20,000 bases of DNA from Eimeria praecox (lineage: Eukaryota): the NCBI GenBank assembly GCA_963920595.1, contig OY986949.1, positions 5,384,568 through 5,404,567 on the forward strand, written 5' to 3'. This document shows, piece by piece, positions 1 to 13,154 of this stretch. Within the stretch, counting starts at the first letter, position 1, and every line of letters starts with the position of its first letter. The notes below the pieces were generated by a model. The model did no database searches. It saw only the letters and a list, made by a program, of their open reading frames with translations, and was not told the origin of the DNA. A program made the translations under genes and the position numbers.

Positions 1-77
1 TGCGTGTGAGGCTTATGGGAGCAGCAATAGCAAACGCTGTCAAAACGTAGGTGGAGGGCGTATGAATGTATTTGCAG

Positions 78-326
78 GTCTTAGACTTGTATTTGTGGCT
101 GGCTGAGAAGCTCCCCACAGCATTCGTCGATGTGCCGGTGGCATTGACTGGGAGATCCCTTGCAGCTGATGTCATCATGGAGGCCTTACAGAGGGAGAAG
201 CCTCTTCAGGGTTTAGGGGCTCCCGACGAGCTCCGGCACTCCAGTGGCTCCCGAATGCTGAAGGATTTAAATGCCGTCGGTGGCTTTCGCCCGCAACGGA
301 GCCGTGGGGCCGAACAACATCCTTAG
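78..326 (+). CDS. SUV3: Terminal exon of a probable SUV3-like mitochondrial ATP-dependent RNA helicase (gene begins upstream of the window)
   Basis: Acceptor tttgcag|GTC at 77/78. The exon reads VLDLYLWLAEKLPTAFVDVPVALTGRSLAADVIMEALQ, resembling the Suv3 C-terminal motif LDLYLWLS.RFP..F.D (recognised from memory). Stop TAG at 324-326. No helicase core lies in the window. Confidence 0.65.
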   Translation, partial: VLDLYLWLAEKLPTAFVDVPVALTGRSLAADVIMEALQREKPLQGLGAPDELRHSSGSRMLKDLNAVGGFRPQRSRGAEQHP

Positions 327-1425
327 CAGCGTGCTGCGCACAAGCATGGTACCCGGCCTCTGAATGGCTTTAGAAGCACAGGGAGCCTACTTTGGGGCCT
401 TCTGCGCTTACTGGTGGATGCATGAAAAACAAGCCCTAATGCATTTTTGTGTGACGGTGTGGAGGCACACTAGTTATAAAATCGAAATGTTCAGTTTAGC
501 GTCAGCCACACTGCTTGCAACTAGATGAGTGATTGCGGATACTGACACGCTGCAGTGGCTCAGGCGCGTACTCAACATTGATCGGCAGTAGCGCATGCGT
601 TCTGCCTACTGGTAAGAATAAATAAGAACAAACTCACGCATGCAGGCATTTAGTCAGCTGTACAAGGATACGAGAACACAAACTAAACGCCTCGTAAGCC
701 CCAGCAAGAAGATGCGACAATGGAAGTACTTCCTTCGGTATTTTCTGGAACGCCCAACTCGTCCAGTTGGAGTCGCCCAGCTAACTGTGGGATTCTATAC
801 AGCACAAGCGTCTGCAGATGATCAGATTACGAGCCTCTGGACCAACTGAAAGCACGGATACATTGGTGCGTAGCGTTGCACGCAAGTAGGCGCACGCGTG
901 TTCATGTATACATGTACACGTGCGCGTATTGGTAGGCAAACGATGCAATGCATGTGTTCACGCAACATGCATCTGCTTACGGGAATGCACATACTCTGGC
1001 TCGTATGTACGTTAAGCTATGGACAAATGCATTGACCTGAACTGGTAGGTAATCATTTGCACATACGCATGCAGCCATGCAGAAATGCAGGCACACGTAC
1101 GCGCATACACGTCCACCTGCACATGTACATACATGCAAGTGAAAGTACAAGCAAATCGTGGCCTGGCCAGATGTTCACTAGTTTATGCGTGCCTTGACAC
1201 GTTTACCACGCCTTGTATCCTACTGTCACCAGTATAACTCTGGGCATAAAGGCACTGGGTTACACTGGGCCGCGGTCTCATACCACCACCACAAACAGCG
1301 AAGCGTACCATGAGCCCGGCCGCAGTTAGGAAACTGCCAGTTACAGTGTGAGCGATCCACAAGGCAGACAGTCGCCACAGGCGGAAACTGAATGGAGGCA
1401 TGCACAAAAGCTGCTAAGTTTTCCC

Positions 1426-5930
<4,505 letters not shown>

Positions 5931-7473
5931 CGAGAGCAGTGTGTTTCTCTTCAAGGTTGGTGTACTGGGGAGAGCTCCCCTAACCCTACACAGTAGAAGC
6001 AGAGTTCTGGGGAGGAGGAGCCCGAACAGCCACGGAGGCCAGAAAACAGAACTGCACAGCTGATCTGGTGTGTTCTTAGTTCTAGGTTACGGGCCGGCAG
6101 TTCGTCTCAGGTTGCCGTCCCTTGTTGAGGGTTTTGCCCTTGTGTGGAGCCATGCGTGGTGAAACATGGTTTATACCGGCCTAAGAGCCCCTCAGAGGAC
6201 TGCTAGACCCCGTGGAGTGCCGCTGGAGTATTCCTGCATTGCAACCGTCAGCGCTAGGGATGGGCTTGCGGGAAGATTCCCCGCCCTACAGGCTACACCT
6301 TAGGTCCTCATCTCCCAAACCGAGGCCAAATTCAGTTTACAAATAATCTATTAGGTTTCTGGAAGCCTTCAGGAACTCTTCTTCCGTGTGCAGCCCTATG
6401 GCAGGGCCCCCACGGGGCCCCCTTCGTCGGGGGCCCCGATTGGTAACACTCGGCAGAGAGGCCTGCCTTCCTCCCCTTTTCGTCGTTAAAAAGCCTCAAC
6501 TTATTCTTAGTGGCAAACAAGCATTCGCCAACAAAACCATTTCAACTCATCTGTGATGCCTTAGTCACTTTTATTCAATTCCGTCGCAGCTCCCATGTGC
6601 CGTAAGAGTGTAGCCACACCCGGACTACTAGAAAGAAGGTTCCCTGGGGACATTCAGGAATTCTACAGCTTCTCAACCTCTCTAAACTGTTTAGTGGTCA
6701 GCGTAGCGCCGCCTGCAACGACGGCCTACTGCCATGTAAGGCATACACTGCACGAGGCCCCTGCGGGCAGCATAGAACAGTAGGGATGGCAGCAGCCCTT
6801 ATGCTACATTGCATACTCGGTAGAGAGGGCTTTTAATGGCTAGCTGAGCAGCAGAGCCCCCGTATAGCAGGTCCGCATAGCCTGCCGAGGCACGTCTCAC
6901 GGTGCAAACGATCGAAAAAGTTTCAGTCACGGCAGACGGAAACCCTCCTGCGGGTATTCACTGTGTTTGGCGCTCGTTTCGCTCATGTGCACATATCAGT
7001 GTTTGAAAAACTAGAGGTTCTCGTGAGGGCGTTCCCTCACTTGCTGCGTGCAACACAAGTGTCCCCTGGGATACGAGGTACCCCGTGCTGCCCGGGCAGC
7101 GGGCAGTAGTCCTACATGGGGCTATCATGGGAACCCGAAATAACGAACCTGGGGGCTCGCAGGTGCCGTCCAGCAGAATAGCCGCTGCAAAGTATGCAGA
7201 GAGTCATCTGCAGGAGAGATCCTCTTCAGTGAAACCACAGGACCTGCACCAGGCGCTCCGTATTGTCAGTCCCTTCACCCAGTCGACAGACCTCACTACT
7301 GCGGCCCTCGTATCAGGAGCCGCCTGTAAGTAAAGAGATGCGCAGCTTCCTATCTGCTAGTGAAAAGCCCCCATGTAATTGAGTTGGGCGCCCTTGAGTA
7401 CAGAACGGCCGGCCCCCACAACGAAGGGAAGGCATGGTTTGGTCACCGCGAGAGGTCTCACTGCCCATAAAGT

Positions 7474-8250
7474 TTAAACCATTTCCACCTCGGCTCCAGC
7501 CGCTTTAAGAGCGTCAAAGATCTTCTGGGCTTCAGCTTTGGCGATGTTTTCGGTTACGTCCTTGGGAAGAGAGTCTATAAAGTTCTTTGCCTCCTTCAAT
7601 CCTAAATCTCCGCGTACACTTCGCAGTGTCTTGATCACAGATATGCGATTAGCAGTAGGCACAGCTTTCATCACTACCTTAAATTCTGTCTTCTCAGGGG
7701 GCTCAGGCGGTGCCGAGGCCCCTGAGTCCCCTGGAGTCTGACCACCAGCCTGCGCTGCTGGTGCCGTTGCTGCTGCTGCTGCACCGAGTGCAGATGCAGC
7801 AGAAACACCGAATACCCTCTCTAACTGCCGAACAAGCTCAGACACTTCAAGAAGGGTGAGTTGCTGCAGCTGCTCTAGCACAGCTTGTACGCGGGGAGCT
7901 ATTGGAGGCTGAGGGCCCTCTCCTCCCCCTGTCGCCGATGGGCTTCCCGCACAGAGTGACGACACTGGACGAGCAGAAGGGAAGCTACCCACAGAATGGC
8001 AGCGGCTATGAGCCGTCAAAAAAGAGGGATGACCAGATGCTGTTATTGGGGCAGCTGCTCCTGCAGTGGCAGCAAGGGGAATCTCGGCCGTAGCCCTTCC
8101 CTGTAGGGTTCCTTTGGTGTAGAGACGTCTTGGCACGAAGCACAGGCTGCTGGAGCAAACTGATGCCATTAAGATCAGCACAAGCAGGGCAAGAAGTAGC
8201 AGCAGCAAACGCCGGCGCTGCTGTTCCGGCCGGGGGAGCGGGAGCAACAT
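7474..8250 (-). CDS. RPL12: Ribosomal protein L7/L12 (bL12), nucleus-encoded, probably apicoplast-targeted; single exon, 258 aa
   Basis: N-domain LQQLTLLEVSELVRQLERVFGVSAA, Ala-rich hinge, and C-domain EKTEFKVV...RISVIKTLR...LGLKEAKNFIDSLPK...AEAQKIFDALKAAGAEV. First in-frame ATG is at 8250 (the ORF-track start at 8298 is GTG). The N-terminal RRR plus hydrophobic LLLLLLALLVLILMASVC is followed by a Ser/Thr/Arg-rich, acid-poor segment, matching a bipartite leader. Confidence 0.93.
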   Translation of the reverse strand: MLLPLPRPEQQRRRLLLLLLALLVLILMASVCSSSLCFVPRRLYTKGTLQGRATAEIPLAATAGAAAPITASGHPSFLTAHSRCHSVGSFPSARPVSSLCAGSPSATGGGEGPQPPIAPRVQAVLEQLQQLTLLEVSELVRQLERVFGVSAASALGAAAAATAPAAQAGGQTPGDSGASAPPEPPEKTEFKVVMKAVPTANRISVIKTLRSVRGDLGLKEAKNFIDSLPKDVTENIAKAEAQKIFDALKAAGAEVEMV

Positions 8251-11200
8251 GGGGGCCCCTTGCCCTTGGGGGCCCCCGGGGATGTGTGAAGACGCCACGG
8301 ACAGGAGGAGAAAAGAAGTACAAGATGCAGGAAATCTGGGGTTTCAGGCATCCAACGTCTACAGGCTGCTGTTTATGGTTTGAGCTTTCGTTGTGACGGC
8401 TGCTGTGCTCGGCAGATATGCTGTTATGCCCTGTGTCCACTCTGATGCTACTGGCACCAGCTAAGGTGCGGCGGAACAAATCCCTACGTCTTAATAGAAA
8501 TAATGTTAAACATCTTAAAGCAAATCACTAGGTAGAAAGGCAGTAACCATGTTAAAAAGTGGGCAATTTAGCTCTGCATGCTATCACACAACGCATGGAC
8601 TCACCCAGCCCCGAACGCTGCCGCCAGCTCCTTGTTAGAGCTGTGCAAGGGGCACCTCTTACATCTTCAACCAACCAGTCTCAACTCCTTCTTTTGGCTT
8701 TATTTGCACAGCAGTTTTGCTGAGTCACAAGAAACCTACTGTGCCCAGCAGTGCACAGTCGGCAGCGGGGGACCTTGCGGCCAGCGTGGCCGACAGGGGT
8801 AGGCCTTGCACAATATAGTCGAAGGCCACAATTTCGTCTTCGAAAAGGCGTTTCCTGACGAGTGAGCTATCCCTGAAGTAGTATTGTGCTGCAGGGAGTT
8901 ACGCCAACCCCACCACCGGCGGAACTCGCGGGCGCGAGAGTTCGACCCGCACACTAGGAGTAGCACCAGGGATTGACAACACTATAGTGTGGCTCAAGTG
9001 GGGTGTTTTATTTTCTTTATTGTCCTGTGAGATGGCTAATCAGGAAACTACTGTCCGGTAGAATACGAATGCTGCGTGGAAACTTAAAGGGAGGCCTCGC
9101 ATAAGTGGAGCCCCGAGAAAAAGTATCCCCTCCACTCAAAGATATCTCTATTCATACCGTGAAACGTAGTTAACATTTAGACAAGCATAAGTAATTGCAT
9201 GAGTAATTGATATGGCTCCAGGCCCACAACGAATCCGATACACTCCCGGCTTGAAAAGAGGGTACTTCGCGGCTTCAGCAATGTACGCCCCATCAGTATC
9301 ATCCAGTCTCCACAGTTGGCCACCTGTTGTTCAAAGAGAGACTAGAGGGAGCAAACGGTGAAACGGAACCGTGACTACGAGGGGGCCATGAGCTTTTGGC
9401 CTACATGTTTTGCATCAGTGTATCATTTGTAGAGTGGAGTGGGCAATCCACATCTGCTTTGCGAGGTTTCCAAGTATTATAGCCAGTTACCGCATGGTAA
9501 GCGCCGCGCAGGCAAAGCGGACAGCTAAGCAGGAGCAAGTGATGCTGACAGTGAATTTCTACAGCAAAACTGCTTATACCTGCTGTGGTTGCGAACGAAG
9601 GCGAGGCCTTGTGATTCCTGCCCAGCGTTCTGAATGTTAGCACAATGAAATTTGTTCGGGCGTCAACTGATGGAACGTGTAAATGTGACACTCCTAATAA
9701 GCCCAAGCTTTTCGTTATTTGTCAAGTGTAATATGTTAATGGGCCAGTTTTAACTATCTTTTTGCTGTAAGACCTAGCTATAACTCAGGACCGCTGGCTT
9801 GGCGGGATCAGCTGTGTTGCGCCAGTCTGATTTCGTCAGAAGTGCATGGAATTGGCGAGACTTTCGGAGGCCGTAGAATAATGTCTACCATTAATTCATT
9901 TTTACTTTCATTTCGAGACTCCGCGTTGGCGTATAGTTCTGCCGTTCTTTCAGACAGGCCCCTGGGCTAAACGGCTCATGGCTTGCAAGCGTCCTTACAA
10001 ACGTCCCCGTTTTTGATCCTATTATGCTGGCTACAGAAACCACGGCATTTCTGACAACCACCCCAACAACCGCCGGCGAAGATTGGTGTGAACGACCGTG
10101 AGGCAGGTGTTTTCGCCGCACTTGTGCGACACTTCGACGATACTTCCTCATTAGGGGGGGACGCGCTGGGGTAGTTGTTTAATACGGCTTGCTGAAGAAG
10201 TAGGGAATGCTTAAAAGCTATCATTTCCTGAACCTTTGCAAAATCCCTCAAATTCACTTCTGCCTCCTTGCCTGTTGTCATCTCGAGCACAAAAAGCACT
10301 CCAACGATGCTGCAGGCAGGGATATGCGACAATCGCGATGTCCCACTATAGTCATCGCAGACCACTTGCGCGCCTACTGGGATTTTGGATGCTAGAGTAG
10401 CATTCGTCTGCTGCGCACAATAATTCATCCTGCTTTGTATGGGATGGTGCTCTCTCCGTGATATCGCTTCCTTTCACAATTCGCCGTGATGGCATGTAAA
10501 CTAACTTGCCAACGGCAAGTCGCGCTAAAGCGTAAGCTGTCATACCGACTTGTAGGTGATGCAGGACATGGCAACAGGTCTGGAACTTAATTAAGCCTGT
10601 TACTCCACATACAGCGCCGCGGCGACAATGCCTTTGCTAATATAAACACGGGGACATGAAATTCGAATTCGCTGGCAACAATCAAGTGTTATGATGCCAC
10701 TTGAGCGAGGGGAATTCCAGCCTCGTTCCCCCGAGTTGCCTCCGCAGATTTCCTAGTGCTGCAGTTGTGTTCGAATGAGGTGCGCTGGAACAACAATAGG
10801 TTCGTCCACCTCTAGGTCGACTCTTGCTACCCTCTGCGAGTAGGGGTATTGCTACATTAAGAAGACAACAGCGCTTCACATCAACTGCGATGAGGAAGCT
10901 GAAGGGGTGTAAGAAGGCAATCGAATGAAGATGGCTTCGCCTGCCTCGTAGCCCTGTGTCCTCATGTATATGAATTTCTACTGTGCCGAACAGGCTAATA
11001 ACGGGCTTCAAGGATCAGTGCTCCCCCAAAGCAGGCTGTCTTCTCCCAGGTCCGCGAATAGGGAGGTAGACGATGGTCTACCAGAGTTACACTCCTGCAG
11101 AGCAGCAAGAAGCCGGCAGTGCTCTTTCCTCAGGGAATGGAATGTAAGCTTTTAGCCTGGGAAGTACATGCCAAAAAGTCACGAATTTCTGTCGGGCGTT

Positions 11201-12018
11201 GTAGCTGGTGCGCTGGACAGACGCATACATCATTCTTGAATCGTGTTTCAGGGCCTACGCTGTGACACCGTGATGCATACTACTGCTATCGGGCTCGTCC
11301 CTGGTAAGAGGGCATCGAATCACTTCCAATCTACCTGCAGGAAATGGCCTGGGATTTCAGCCGATATCCTGTGAAGAGAATTCAACGGCTTCCTCTACTT
11401 ATAAGGCCTTTCCTCCTGCGTGGACGATGCTCAATGCCTGGCCATCATCGCTGCGGCGCAAATAATCATAGCCTGAACTTACCCTAGAACCATGCGTTGC
11501 TACCAAGCTTAACGACGCCTACTGGCCTTCACCTCAAATCATTGTGGCATGGGCAGCGGGGTGCTAATACTCACGTAATCAGGAGCAAAAACGTGATTGG
11601 CTGCGCGTCCTTGGGGGACTGCCTTGCAGCATTAGCTGCACCAAGGCTTCTTTGCTGCCCATGACGGGCCCACCCGTGCCCCCACCAGCTACAAGACCTT
11701 GGGCCAACCCCACCTAGGAGGCCTGGATGCTGGAGAGGAAGCCAGCTGCTTTTTGCCAACCCTTTCTTTAAGTCTCTGAATCTACTGCAGCTCTCGACAA
11801 TCTTCTGCTAAGATCGAGGCCTATTATTACAAACACCATCTATTGCAAAAGTTCTAAAGCGCTCACGACACGTCATGCATTCCCCACGCGCTCACCCTGT
11901 GGTGCCCAGACTCTCTGAGCATAACAGCTTATACTACCCGTGATGAAGCAAAAGTGAATATTCCGTGTTCCAGTTTGCAGCACGCTCTGATACAGCTCCC
12001 CGCACACGCGAAACCCCG

Positions 12019-12372
12019 TGCATGCATTCTTAAGCCCCTCTCCCCTCTCCACACAAACATCGCAATAAGTCATACTGTCACACTATGAGGCTTTGACTTT
12101 CAACGGATATTGAAGAGCCTGCGTTGAGCAACAGCAGTCAAGCGAACATTGCAACACTTGGCCTGTGATGCTTTCCATCCGTTCTTCTGCCGAGAAGGCG
12201 TCGTAGTTGGCCACAACAAATGCATATCAGGGCTCTAGAAAATCTTGTAGTAATCCAGATAGTTTCTAGATAATGCACTAAATGAGCTTTTAATAACTAC
12301 GGGAATACGCACACAGCCTCCAGCGGGGGGCGGAGGCTGGATTTCCTTTGTGTAGCTTGCGCAATGCATGCA
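12019..12372. promoter_or_regulatory. Two TGCATGCA palindromic octamers (12019-12026, 12365-12372) upstream of the exportin gene
   Basis: Exact matches seen. TGCATGCA is a known over-represented non-coding apicomplexan motif bound by ApiAP2 factors. Function at this locus is not shown. Confidence 0.4.
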
Positions 12373-13154
12373 GCGTGTCTTGCTGAGCCCTGTTGAGAGC
12401 TGAGTGATTTGTGTAAAGACGGCTTTTTTTGTCTCAAATCTTATTCTGGTTTTATGGCCGCATGGCTGGGGCGGTGGTGGAATGATGGTCCCGCCAGCCG
12501 AACTTGAACTCGTTCACGTGAAACCCCTTCTGTGCAAACTAGCGCCACACTAGTGCTGGTTGATACTCCTGTTTTCTTTGGTGGCTTCCCTAAGCATTTG
12601 TTCTTTCGATTACCTCACCTGTGGGTTTGCCCACTAAATATCCAATTTCGCGCTTTCGTGTCAGGCGTCCCTGGATATCGCATCTCCATCCACGCCCAAG
12701 GCTTCCCTCTGCTCTGCCTTCCGGTCCTTCCTACTCCTACAACCGCCCCTAGCTGCTTCGCTTTCTGACGAGAACAACTCCCATGCTTGAAGGGTAGGGT
12801 GCTGAATAACGGGCATCTTGTCGTGGGGTTTCTTCATCGGCCTCGAAGGCAGCTGCGCGCTCAATACTCTCCGCCGCCAACCCAGTAGCATCACGACCAT
12901 CTGCGGAACCAGCAGTGGCAGTAGCAGTAGGGGCAGCTGCAGCGGCAGTGGCCTACAACATCCGAAAGGGCCGCTTGTTTCCCCGAGCACCTGCGAAATG
13001 CACTAGACATCCGGTTTCAGAAAGGAGCCCCGGTGTGCCTAGAGCGGTGTTGGTGTTTCGCTTTAGGATTTAGGAGTTTCAATTGCGATGGAAAGGTCGC
13101 ATCAGTAACCCGACTTCGTGTTGCTCATCCTTCGCGTTGATAGGTAGTGATACA

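Noticed and set aside
640..849. 69-aa plus-strand ORF
   Set aside because: Short, has no recognisable motif, and lies in the probable 3'UTR zone of two convergent genes.
8925..8960. GTTCGA T-loop-like motif suggesting a tRNA
   Set aside because: I could not form a proper T-stem, D-arm or acceptor stem around it.
9891..11011. Overlapping minus-strand ORFs as a frameshifted retrotransposon pol
   Set aside because: No YxDD, RNase H, integrase DDE, zinc-knuckle or LTR/TSD evidence seen. Kept only as part of the unexplained-interval finding.
13061..13074. Telomere-like TTTAGG units (also ccctaaccct near 5978 and tttaggg near 19067 and 19781)
   Set aside because: Only one or two degenerate copies at each site, not a true heptamer array.
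13083..13154. N-terminal extension of the exportin ORF from a TTG start (likewise TTG 5954 and GTG 8298 for the other genes)
   Set aside because: Artefact of a prokaryotic start-codon table. ATG 13155 has good context (acaATGG) and matches the family N-terminus.
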